This document shows, in pieces, positions 1 through 8,705 of a stretch of DNA of 16,780 nucleotides. The first letter of the stretch is position 1. Every line of letters starts with the position of its first letter. Source of the DNA: Promethearchaeota archaeon (GTDB taxonomy: Archaea; Asgardarchaeota; Lokiarchaeia; Sigyniarchaeales; SOKP01); contig JBHLMP010000065.1 in assembly GCA_048938025.1 (NCBI GenBank), positions 1-16,780 of the forward strand, read 5' to 3'. Position numbers and translations under genes: made by a program. The notes under the pieces were generated by a model. The model searched no databases. It was not told the DNA's origin and saw only the letters and a program-made list of their open reading frames with translations.

Positions 1-107
1 TCAGATCCAAACAGATCTACTAACATTTTGGCTAATTTAGCAATATTAAGTACTTTGGTTTCTTTTACTAAAGTCTCAGCTTTTAGTGATATTTCAGCAA
101 TTTTCAT
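1..107 (-). CDS. Possible 5' end of a hypothetical protein running off the left edge (MKIAEISLKAETLVKETKVLNIAKLAKMLVDLFGS...)
   Basis: ATG at 107-105 on the minus strand, open for 35 codons to the window edge. A GTGA lies just upstream. Divergent from aconitase. No family recognised. Confidence 0.4.
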   Translation of the reverse strand, partial: MKIAEISLKAETLVKETKVLNIAKLAKMLVDLFGS

Positions 108-449
108 TTTTTCACTTTGGTTTATATCTAGCACCTTAGATTTATACAAGAATATTATTGATCAGATGATATTTTTAATATTATCTAATATATCTTCAAT
201 GTGAATTATATTAGTTAGATTCGTTAATAAATTTAAAGCTTATACTAAAAAGAGGTAAATCTCTTAGAATAAAATGTAAAAAATTGGGATATTATTGGGA
301 TTTTTTTCCTTAAATTCTTAAAGATAAGGTTTATAAGAATTTTATTTTTTTCTTATTTGTATCTATTTTATCCAAAAATAAAATAAACTGATACATTTAA
401 TAAGTCAATTGATTAAACGCTAATTAAAAATAAAAAATGGTTAAAAGTT

Positions 450-2381
450 ATGGGAAAAACTTTAACTGAGAAAATCTTAGAACAACATTTAGTAGATGGA
501 AAATTGGAAAAGGGTACTGATATTGCAATTAGAATTGACCAAACACTCACTCAAGATGCCACAGGAACAATGGCTTATCTTCAATTTGAAGCAATGGGTG
601 TTCCTAGGATTCAAACAGAGCTATCAGTTAGTTATGTTGATCATAACACTTTGCAAACTGATTTTAAAAATCCTGACGATCATAGATATCTTCAAAGTAT
701 TGCGGCTAAATATGGTTTATATTTTTCTCGCCCGGGTAATGGAATATGTCATCAACTTCACTTAGAAAGATTTGCGCGACCTGGGAAAACTTTGTTAGGT
801 TCTGATAGTCATACTCCTACAGGAGGTGGTGTAGGTATGATAGCTATCGGAGCTGGAGGTTTAGATGTTGCAGCAGCTATTGCAGGAGAGCCATTCTATT
901 TAAAAATGCCTAAGATAGTAAATGTTTATCTGACTGGAAAACTTCCCGATTTTGTATCTGCAAAAGATGTTATTTTAGAGATTTTAAGAAGAATCGGGGT
1001 AAAAGGAGGGGTTAATAAAGTTTTAGAGTACACAGGTCCAGGTATTAAAACATTATCCGTACCAGAACGAGGAACAATAACAAATATGGGAACTGAAACT
1101 GGAGCAACTACTTCAGTGTTCCCGTCAGATGGCATTACTAAGGAATTTTTAGAAGCTCAAGAAAGGGGAGATCAATGGATTCTATTAGAATCAGATAAAG
1201 ATGCTGAATATGACGAAAAAATTGAGATTAATCTAAGTGAACTTGAACCTCTTATTGCACTTCCTCATAGCCCTGGAAACGTAAAAACAGTAAAAGAAAT
1301 TGAAGGTTTAAACGTTGATCAGGTTTGTATTGGAAGTTGTACAAACTCATCTTTAAGAGATCTTAAAATAGTAGCAAATATTTTGAAAGGAAAGACTATA
1401 AATGAGCATACCGTGCTTACAATTTCACCTGGTTCAAGGCAAGTGGTAGATCATATGGTTAAATCTGGAGAAATGGCTTACTTAGTAGAAGCAGGTGCCA
1501 GGATCCTAGAAAATGCATGCGGACCGTGTATAGGTATGGGACTTGCTCCCAAAAGTGACGCTATTACTTTAAGAACGTTTAATAGAAATTTTCTTGGTAG
1601 ATCAGGCACAAAAAGTGCTCAAGCTTATCTTGTAAGTCCAGAAACAGCAGCAGTATCTGCAATTGAAGGGAAGATTACTGATCCTAGATCATTTGGAAAA
1701 TTACCAAAAATTGAGATGCCAAAGAAATTCCTAGTTAATGACAATATGATTATACCACCATTACCACCAGAGAAAGCGAAAGATATTGAAATTATAAGAG
1801 GGCCAAATATTAAACCATTACCTGAATTTCCTCCTTTAGCAGAGAAAATAGAAGGAGAAGTACTTCTTAAACTTGAAGATGATGTTACAACAGATCATAT
1901 AATGCCTGCTGGTGCTAAAATATTACCACTCCGGTCAAATATTCCAGAAATTAGCAAATATGTATTTAATGTTGTTGATGAAAACTTTCATAATAGATCC
2001 TTAGAAAAAGGTGGTGGTTTTCTAGTTGGAGGAGAAAACTATGGTCAAGGTTCTAGTCGAGAACACGCTGCAATTGCACCAAAATATTTGGGTGTTAAAG
2101 CAGTTATCGTAAAGAGTTTTGCTCGAATTCACTTAGCTAATTTAGTCAATTTTGGGATAGTTCCTCTAACATTTGTTAATAAAGAAGATTATAATAAAAT
2201 TGATCAAGGAGATCTATTCGAGCTAGACATGAGAACTATAGAAACGGGAAAGGTCATATTAAAGAATCTATCTAAGAATTTAGAAGTAGAATTGACTCAC
2301 ACTTTAAGTGAAAAAGATTTAGAGGAATTAAAAGCAGGCGGAAAATTAACCCTCATAAAGCAAAAACATACAAAAATATAA
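450..2381 (+). CDS. acn: Aconitate hydratase (compact ~640-aa type), [4Fe-4S]
   Basis: Aconitase motifs TQDATG, DHN, GNGICHQ, GSDSHT, FNRNF, TTDHIMPAG and NYGQGSSREHAA. Three cluster cysteines in GSCTN and CGPCIG. Single chain with C-terminal swivel domain, unlike split LeuC/LeuD. Clustered with ACL and IDH. Confidence 0.92.
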   Translation: MGKTLTEKILEQHLVDGKLEKGTDIAIRIDQTLTQDATGTMAYLQFEAMGVPRIQTELSVSYVDHNTLQTDFKNPDDHRYLQSIAAKYGLYFSRPGNGICHQLHLERFARPGKTLLGSDSHTPTGGGVGMIAIGAGGLDVAAAIAGEPFYLKMPKIVNVYLTGKLPDFVSAKDVILEILRRIGVKGGVNKVLEYTGPGIKTLSVPERGTITNMGTETGATTSVFPSDGITKEFLEAQERGDQWILLESDKDAEYDEKIEINLSELEPLIALPHSPGNVKTVKEIEGLNVDQVCIGSCTNSSLRDLKIVANILKGKTINEHTVLTISPGSRQVVDHMVKSGEMAYLVEAGARILENACGPCIGMGLAPKSDAITLRTFNRNFLGRSGTKSAQAYLVSPETAAVSAIEGKITDPRSFGKLPKIEMPKKFLVNDNMIIPPLPPEKAKDIEIIRGPNIKPLPEFPPLAEKIEGEVLLKLEDDVTTDHIMPAGAKILPLRSNIPEISKYVFNVVDENFHNRSLEKGGGFLVGGENYGQGSSREHAAIAPKYLGVKAVIVKSFARIHLANLVNFGIVPLTFVNKEDYNKIDQGDLFELDMRTIETGKVILKNLSKNLEVELTHTLSEKDLEELKAGGKLTLIKQKHTKI

Positions 2382-2390
2382 ATAAGTATT

Positions 2391-2418
2391 CTTTATTCCT
2401 TTTTTTTAATCTTTTCTT
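2391..2418 (+). terminator. Putative archaeal T-rich terminator after aconitase
   Basis: CTTTATTCCTTTTTTTTAATCTTTTCTT begins about 10 nt after the stop codon. Confidence 0.4.
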
Positions 2419-2459
2419 GAAGATTGTTAAAAATTAGAAAGACCAAAGAAGAGAAAATT

Positions 2460-3218
2460 ATGTTTGAGAAAAAATATCTTCAAGATCCAAAAAAACGATT
2501 TTCATCAAGAGTTAAGGATTATATAAAATACAGACCAGGATATCCACAAGCAATTATAGATTTTTTAAAAGAAGAAAATATTCTTAGGGATAACTCTGTT
2601 GTTGCAGATATTGGTTCTGGTACAGGGATATTAAGTAAACTTTTCTTAAAAAACGGTAATAAAGTTTATGGTATAGAACCTAATCATGATATGAGAAAAG
2701 CTGCTGAAAGATTAATCAGTAAATACGATAATTTTATAAGTATTAATGGCTCGGCTGAAAAAACAGGGTTAAAGGAAAAAACTATTGATCTAATTACTGC
2801 TGGTCAGGCATTTCATTGGTTTGATATCGAGAAAACAAAAAGGGAATTTAAAAAGATAATAAATCCTAACGGTTATATTGTTTTAATATGGAATAATCGT
2901 AAAAAATTAGGAGATAGTTTTTCTAATGATTATGAAAACCTTGTATTAAAATATGGTACTGATTATAAAGAAGTGCGAAAAAATGAAAAAAAAGTTGATG
3001 AATTTTATAAGTATCATAAAAAAATATTCTATAATTATCAAGATTTAGATTATGATGGATTTAAGGGAAGATTACTTTCAACCTCGTATATTCCTTTAGA
3101 AGATAATCCGCGATTTTTTAATATGTTAAAAGATTTAAAAAAAATCTTTTTGAAATATCAAAAAAATGGAATTGTAAGACTAGAATACAATACAGAAGTT
3201 TACTATGGTAGATTATAA
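2460..3218 (+). CDS. Class I SAM-dependent methyltransferase, Tmt1/Crg1-like small-molecule MTase
   Basis: SAM motif I VADIGSGTG, N-terminal YxKYRPGYP, and IDLITAGQAFHWFD. The ATG at 2460 is preferred over the TTG at 2424 in the ORF track. Confidence 0.85.
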   Translation: MFEKKYLQDPKKRFSSRVKDYIKYRPGYPQAIIDFLKEENILRDNSVVADIGSGTGILSKLFLKNGNKVYGIEPNHDMRKAAERLISKYDNFISINGSAEKTGLKEKTIDLITAGQAFHWFDIEKTKREFKKIINPNGYIVLIWNNRKKLGDSFSNDYENLVLKYGTDYKEVRKNEKKVDEFYKYHKKIFYNYQDLDYDGFKGRLLSTSYIPLEDNPRFFNMLKDLKKIFLKYQKNGIVRLEYNTEVYYGRL

Positions 3219-3227
3219 TGAAGTTCT

Positions 3228-4730
3228 TTAATCATATTTGCATTCTTTGACTAATTTTCCTCTCTCGGTAAGGTTCATTACCACAACTTTAGGTCTACTC
3301 ATCGCCTCAATAGAATATTTAATTCCTTGAGTGCCTAAACCTGAGGATTTAGTACCTAGGAAGGGAAAATGATCAGGTCCACGAGCACTTTTTCCGTTAA
3401 TCTGTACTGTACCTACTTCTAATTCCTGTGCAATATTAAAAGCAAGATCGATATTTTCTGTAAAAATCATACCTTGTAAGCCATATTCTGATTGATTTGA
3501 AATTTGTATTGCTTCCTCAGCACTATTTATTCGGATAAAAGGGAGCACCGGTCCAAATGGTTCTTCCCAAGCAACTCTCATCTTTGTGGTAACCTTATCC
3601 AAAACTGTAGGCCAGATAATATTCCCTTCTCTCTTATTTCCACATTTTAATTCAGCACCTTTTTCAAGGGCATCATCAATTAATCCTTGAACATAGTCAC
3701 ATTGCTTTGAACTTATAAGTGGACCTATAGTTTTATTTTCTGCTGGGTCTCCAATACTTAATTTAAGCGTTTCAGCAGTAACTCTCTCAATCAATTTATC
3801 AGCGATTCCAAACATAGGTAATACTCTTTTAACAGCAGTACAGCGTTGACCACTGAAGGAAAAAGCTCCTGAAATTATGGCGTTTACGGTTAGCTCTAAA
3901 TCAGCATCATCAAGAACTAGTGCAGCATCTTTTCCTCCCAATTCTAATAAAAGAGGTTTCATTCCAGCCTCTTTTGCTAGATGTTTACCGGTGTCTGAGG
4001 ATCCGGTAAAAGCAATCATATCAATTGAAGTGTGGCTAGTTAAATAATCTCCTATTTCTGAGCCTCTTCCTGTTATAATATTAACAACCCCTGGGGGAAC
4101 GCCTGCTTTTTCTAGAATTATTCCAAAATGCAGTGGTGTAATTGCACCTTGGGTAGGAGGTTTAATTACGATTGTATTTCCTGCCATGAGAGCAGGTGCA
4201 ATTTTTGAGCCAGTAAGGTTAAATGGATAATTAAATGGACCTATACATAATACAACTCCTAGAGGTACTCTATAACTCATTGAAATTTTTTCACGAGTAA
4301 AACCCTCAAAGGCATCACCCATAATTGTTTCACCCTCTAGTTGAGATCCAGCATCAGCAGTACCATTGAATATATCTGCTGTTCTGGCAATTTCGGATAT
4401 AGCACTTTTAATTGGTTTTCCAATCTCTTGCATTAAAATATGACCTAGTGATTCCGCCCATTCTGTCATTATATCTGCAGCTTTTCTTAAAATTCGAGCC
4501 CTTTCTCTAATCGGAGTATCTATCCAACAATCCAAATTATCTCTAGCACTTTGAATAATCTGATCTGCCTCATCTTTAGTACAAGCTTGAATATTGCCTA
4601 CTAACTTGTTATTATAGGGATTATTTACAGGAATCGTTTTTTCAGAGGTAGATATTTTCCATTTACCATCTGAAAAATATTTATAATTGTTTCCCTCCTT
4701 CATTTCTAAAAAGTCTTCAATTTCATTCAT
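3228..4730 (-). CDS. gapN: NADP-dependent non-phosphorylating glyceraldehyde-3-phosphate dehydrogenase (ALDH superfamily)
   Basis: GapN-type motifs PFNYPFNLTGSKIAPAL, KPPTQG, FTGSS, LELGGKD (catalytic Glu), FSGQRCTAVKR (catalytic Cys), WEEPFGPVLP and RGPDHFPFLG...QGIKYSIEAM. Start is either ATG 4730 or GTG 4739. Confidence 0.85.
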   Translation of the reverse strand: MNEIEDFLEMKEGNNYKYFSDGKWKISTSEKTIPVNNPYNNKLVGNIQACTKDEADQIIQSARDNLDCWIDTPIRERARILRKAADIMTEWAESLGHILMQEIGKPIKSAISEIARTADIFNGTADAGSQLEGETIMGDAFEGFTREKISMSYRVPLGVVLCIGPFNYPFNLTGSKIAPALMAGNTIVIKPPTQGAITPLHFGIILEKAGVPPGVVNIITGRGSEIGDYLTSHTSIDMIAFTGSSDTGKHLAKEAGMKPLLLELGGKDAALVLDDADLELTVNAIISGAFSFSGQRCTAVKRVLPMFGIADKLIERVTAETLKLSIGDPAENKTIGPLISSKQCDYVQGLIDDALEKGAELKCGNKREGNIIWPTVLDKVTTKMRVAWEEPFGPVLPFIRINSAEEAIQISNQSEYGLQGMIFTENIDLAFNIAQELEVGTVQINGKSARGPDHFPFLGTKSSGLGTQGIKYSIEAMSRPKVVVMNLTERGKLVKECKYD

Positions 4731-4759
4731 TGAAATCACATTATATAAGAAAAATTATA

Positions 4760-4767
4760 TTTTATAA
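4760..4767 (-). promoter_or_regulatory. Putative TATA box for gapN
   Basis: TTATAAAA on the minus strand, 21-37 nt upstream of the two candidate starts. The AT-rich context lowers specificity. Confidence 0.35.
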
Positions 4768-4871
4768 CCTATAATTGACAACTAAAATTAAAAGATTATT
4801 CATAATAAAATATAAATAAAATGAGCATAAATTAGGCAAATCCTTATTTTCTGTTAAATTTTATTATGAAA

Positions 4872-6260
4872 TTATACCATTCTTTTTGGATCTAATAAAT
4901 CATCTAATTGTTTATCATCAATATCTAAACCCATTTCTTTTATAACTTCTCTACATGTTTTTCCTTCTTTATATGCTCTTTGTACAATTTCAGAACATTT
5001 ATCATATCCTATTAAAGGGGTTAGATTGGTTATTATCATTAGCATTCTTTCTAATTGAGAATTTATTTGAGTCTTATTTGCTTTCAGATCAATTAAGCAA
5101 TGATCTATAAAAGATTTAATTCCACCATAAAGTATTTTAATAGATTCAAGCAAACTGATTATCATTATTGGTTTACACACGTTTAAATCTAAAACGCTTC
5201 CATAACCTTCTCCAAATGAAATAATGGAGTCGTTCCCGAGGACTTGCAAACATACTTGGATTAATGCTTCAGATTGGGTAGGATTTATTTTTCCAGGCAT
5301 AATAGAAGATCCTGGTTCATTTTGGGGTAATAATAGTTCTGAAAAACCTGCTCTTGGGCCGCTACCCATCAACCTGATATCATTTGCCATTTTTAATAAT
5401 GATAAGGCTAATTGCTTTAGAACTCCACTGGCATTTACTATTGTATTATGAGAAGCTATGCCCTCTGCTTTTATCGGGTTAAGTTTAAAAGGTAATTTAG
5501 TAATCTCGGAAAGGTGGGATATAGCTAGGTTTGGGAATTCTTTATGAGAATTTATTCCAGTTCCTAATGCTGTACCTCCAATTGGAATATAGTATAATTC
5601 TTCAATTATATTTTTTAACCGTTCCACATTCATTTCAATTTGCCTTTTATAAACCTCAAATTCTAAAGATAATGGGATTGGTACTGCATCCTGTAAATGA
5701 GTTCTTCCCACTTTGATAATATCTTTAAATTCTTCAATCTTTTTTGTTAAATGCTCTTTTAATCGTTTTAATATTGGTAAAAGTTTTTTATTCATTTCAC
5801 GTATAGCTGATATATGCATTGTGCTTGGAATAACATCGTTAGAAGATTGTCCTTTATTCACATGATCATTTGGATGCACTGGGTGTTTTTTACCCATGGG
5901 AAATCCTAAGATTTCATTCGCTCGATTAGCTAATACCTCATTCATGTTCATATTAGTTTGAGTTCCAGAGCCTGTTTGATATACGTCTATTGGAAATTGA
6001 TCTAAATATTTATGTTCATCTATAATTTCATTTACAGCTTTAAGAATAGCATTACTCTTTTCCTTATCAATTAGATCTAATGTTATGTTTGCCAATAGAC
6101 AGGCTTTTTTTAATTGGGCTAATGATATAATGAATATCTGCGGAAAGGTTTTTCCACTTATTTGAAAATTTTGAATTGCTCTTTGAGTATTTATTCCCCA
6201 ATATACATTGCTAGGAATCTCAATTTCACCTAATACATCCTTTTCTATACGAAAACTCAA
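4872..6260 (-). CDS. fumC: Class II fumarate hydratase
   Basis: Signature GSSIMPGKINP, GRTHLQDA and HPNDHVNKGQSSND. QTGSGTQTNMNMNEV is FumC-type rather than the aspartase GGAGTS. TTG start followed by the usual FRIEKD N-terminus. Confidence 0.93.
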   Translation of the reverse strand: MSFRIEKDVLGEIEIPSNVYWGINTQRAIQNFQISGKTFPQIFIISLAQLKKACLLANITLDLIDKEKSNAILKAVNEIIDEHKYLDQFPIDVYQTGSGTQTNMNMNEVLANRANEILGFPMGKKHPVHPNDHVNKGQSSNDVIPSTMHISAIREMNKKLLPILKRLKEHLTKKIEEFKDIIKVGRTHLQDAVPIPLSLEFEVYKRQIEMNVERLKNIIEELYYIPIGGTALGTGINSHKEFPNLAISHLSEITKLPFKLNPIKAEGIASHNTIVNASGVLKQLALSLLKMANDIRLMGSGPRAGFSELLLPQNEPGSSIMPGKINPTQSEALIQVCLQVLGNDSIISFGEGYGSVLDLNVCKPIMIISLLESIKILYGGIKSFIDHCLIDLKANKTQINSQLERMLMIITNLTPLIGYDKCSEIVQRAYKEGKTCREVIKEMGLDIDDKQLDDLLDPKRMV

Positions 6261-6354
6261 TTTTTGCTCATTATATATAGTATTTTTTATTAATGTAATT
6301 AGGGAAAGAACTATAAAAAAAGTTTATATTTAGGTCATATTAGGAAGTATTAAT

Positions 6355-7821
6355 TTATAATCCCATTTCCTGTAATTTCTTCATAATTTCTTGTTTTTTC
6401 ATTCCTTTCATATCATACCATTTATAAAAGATTAAAGCTCCTATAAGGCAAAAAATAAAGGGAAAAAGTCCTTGGATCATACGAAGCCCTAATAAAGCTT
6501 CTTTACTGTTTGTAGGATCATTTGGTTTATAAATTGTAATTGTATGAATAATTGCTATAATAAAGCTTTGGATTGTTAGTGAAATTCTAATGAAAAAGTT
6601 GCGAATACCTACTAACGTCGTTTCATGGTGCTTTTTAGTCTTTACTGTGATTTCATCATAGGAATCAGCAAAAATTGGTGATAGCATTATTAAATACATC
6701 GCAAAAGCTATACCATTAAAAATACTTACTAAATAAAATCCAATTACATCTACAATAAATAAATATAATAAATAACTAAATCCCATAAATATAAGCCCTA
6801 TTGTAAATGCACGAGAGTGACCGATTTTTTTAGCAACCCAAATCCATAGGGGCATCGTTAAAAAGGAAGAGAAAAGCGAAAAAATAGAGCTGATTGTTCT
6901 GATATCTTGTTCCTCTTTTAACACATCATCAACGAAATATACAGCATTCATACTTGTTATACCTAATGCAGTCATGAAAGAGAGATATGTTATGAGAGCT
7001 AACATAAAATTTTTTTGTTTTACAGCCATTTTCAAAGTGTTGAAAAATGACATTTTTTCTGTTGTTTCATACCCTAAAATAAATCGTTCTTTAATTTCAT
7101 CAGATTCTTTAGTTCCTGGTATGAAAATAATTAAAGAAAAAACCAAGCATATTGTACTTATAAGGGCAGCTATAGTGAATGATGTTTTATCACCAGGCAC
7201 TATAATTTGAGACCATATCATAATTGCAAAAAAGTTTGCTGAAAATGTAAATATTTGAGTTATAACCCCTGCTTTTCTTCGTGCTAAATCTCCCCGAAAG
7301 TGAGCAGGAAAAGCTCCAAAAGAATGTATTTGGAAAAGAGAATAAGAAGTATCATATAAACAAGAAATTACTAAATAATATATCAGTATGGGTAATATAC
7401 TTTCAATTCCCATTACGATTGGCGGTGTAAAGAGTAAAAAAAATAAAATAATAGTTGGAATACCACCAATAACAATCCAAGGAGAATGAAATCCTCTTTT
7501 TCTTGTCCATTTCAATGGTTTATTAGTAAGATAACCTATTAAAGGATTAGTGACCATGCTCCAAATCGTAAATATTACATTTGCAATTGCTAAATAGATT
7601 GGCCATAAAGCGGTAATATCTATTAATCCTAGTTCACCTTCATAATAAGTCCAGACATAATTATTGAAGGCTACAATCATAAAAGCATTGAAAAAGTACC
7701 CTAAAGAGAACATTATCATTTTTTTTGTATTTGTATCTTCATCATTTAAAGGATTCGAACCATTTTCTAATGAGTTCATGGTTGATTCTCTACAGCTTTT
7801 TTTTGATATTAATTTATCCAT
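6355..7821 (-). CDS. MFS transporter, glycoside-pentoside-hexuronide (MFS_2/MelB-like) family
   Basis: About 12 hydrophobic segments. Motifs NPLIGYLT...RKRG...PWI, PLWIWVAKKIG and FADSYDE. An alternative in-frame ATG lies at 7779. Confidence 0.85.
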   Translation of the reverse strand: MDKLISKKSCRESTMNSLENGSNPLNDEDTNTKKMIMFSLGYFFNAFMIVAFNNYVWTYYEGELGLIDITALWPIYLAIANVIFTIWSMVTNPLIGYLTNKPLKWTRKRGFHSPWIVIGGIPTIILFFLLFTPPIVMGIESILPILIYYLVISCLYDTSYSLFQIHSFGAFPAHFRGDLARRKAGVITQIFTFSANFFAIMIWSQIIVPGDKTSFTIAALISTICLVFSLIIFIPGTKESDEIKERFILGYETTEKMSFFNTLKMAVKQKNFMLALITYLSFMTALGITSMNAVYFVDDVLKEEQDIRTISSIFSLFSSFLTMPLWIWVAKKIGHSRAFTIGLIFMGFSYLLYLFIVDVIGFYLVSIFNGIAFAMYLIMLSPIFADSYDEITVKTKKHHETTLVGIRNFFIRISLTIQSFIIAIIHTITIYKPNDPTNSKEALLGLRMIQGLFPFIFCLIGALIFYKWYDMKGMKKQEIMKKLQEMGL

Positions 7822-7946
7822 TTTACTATTTATTAATGTAATCTATTTTAAAATGGTCTAAATTATAGATTTTTAGAGAAATAAAAGCAATAAAAAATGC
7901 TAGAATCTACATTGCAGATATTCTTTGGGATGTTCCTCGAATAATT

Positions 7947-7962
7947 AAAGAAAATTTATAAA
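7947..7962 (+). promoter_or_regulatory. BRE + TATA box, probable leaderless promoter of the 7984 methyltransferase
   Basis: Purine-rich AAAGAAAA followed by TTTATAAA (7955-7962), centred about 26 nt upstream of the ATG at 7984. No Shine-Dalgarno sequence is visible. Confidence 0.55.
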
Positions 7963-7983
7963 GAAAACTATATTTCTTTTAAA

Positions 7984-8592
7984 ATGATTAGTAAATTTTA
8001 TCCATCTTCTTTATATCTTTTTCTTAGATTTACTAAATCTAATCCTATTAGAAAAAGAATACTAGATTGCGGGGCAGGTGGACCGGATCCAAAACTTGCA
8101 TTGTTTTATGAAAATGGTTTTGAAACATATGGGATTGATATTTCTGATGAAGAGATCACTGAAGCAGAAAAATATTGTAAACAACATAACATTAATTTGA
8201 ATATTATTAAAGGAGACATGAGGAGTATACCTTTTGACTCTAATTTTTTTGGTTACGTTTATTCTTATCTCGCAATGGTTCATTTGAGTAAAGATGATTC
8301 TGCCATCGCGGTTAATGAAATGTATCGTGTTTTAATGAAGGGAGGATTATGTTATCTGAACTTCCTTTCTAAAGATGATGTTAATTTCACTGAAAAAGAA
8401 GAAACGAAACCTGGTGAAATCATTCATAAACATGGAAAAGAAGAATTTGTTCATAGTTATTACGAAGATGGAGAACCAGATGGATTTTTCAATAAATTTC
8501 ATATCATTTATAAGGAAAAAAGACATATTCTAAAGGGTAAATATTTTAATACTGGTCGTACCTGTATTTTAGATTATATTGCAAAGAAGTAG
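7984..8592 (+). CDS. Class I SAM-dependent methyltransferase
   Basis: Motifs ILDCGAGG, YGIDIS, GDMRSIPF and EMYRVLMKGG. Substrate unknown. Confidence 0.85.
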   Translation: MISKFYPSSLYLFLRFTKSNPIRKRILDCGAGGPDPKLALFYENGFETYGIDISDEEITEAEKYCKQHNINLNIIKGDMRSIPFDSNFFGYVYSYLAMVHLSKDDSAIAVNEMYRVLMKGGLCYLNFLSKDDVNFTEKEETKPGEIIHKHGKEEFVHSYYEDGEPDGFFNKFHIIYKEKRHILKGKYFNTGRTCILDYIAKK

Positions 8593-8705
8593 TAATAAAA
8601 GTTTCCCATATTTTTTATGTAAGAAAAATTTATTAGAAAAAACATTCTAACTAAATTATACTTTATTATCAGATTTTTATAATTTACATATTGAGTTAGA
8701 GAATT

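Noticed and set aside
496-1135. Short ORFs 496-765 (+) and 926-1135 (-)
   Set aside because: Both lie entirely within aconitase in alternative frames and show no recognisable motifs.
3219-3227. Only 9 nt between the convergent methyltransferase and gapN stops
   Set aside because: Tight convergent packing is common in compact prokaryotic genomes and gives no evidence of antisense regulation.
5224-5716. ORFs 5224-5451 and 5531-5716 (+)
   Set aside because: Antisense shadows of the well-conserved fumC.
6974-8283. ORFs 6974-7210 (+), 7664-7861 (+) and 8062-8283 (-)
   Set aside because: Antisense to the MFS or methyltransferase genes, with no independent support.
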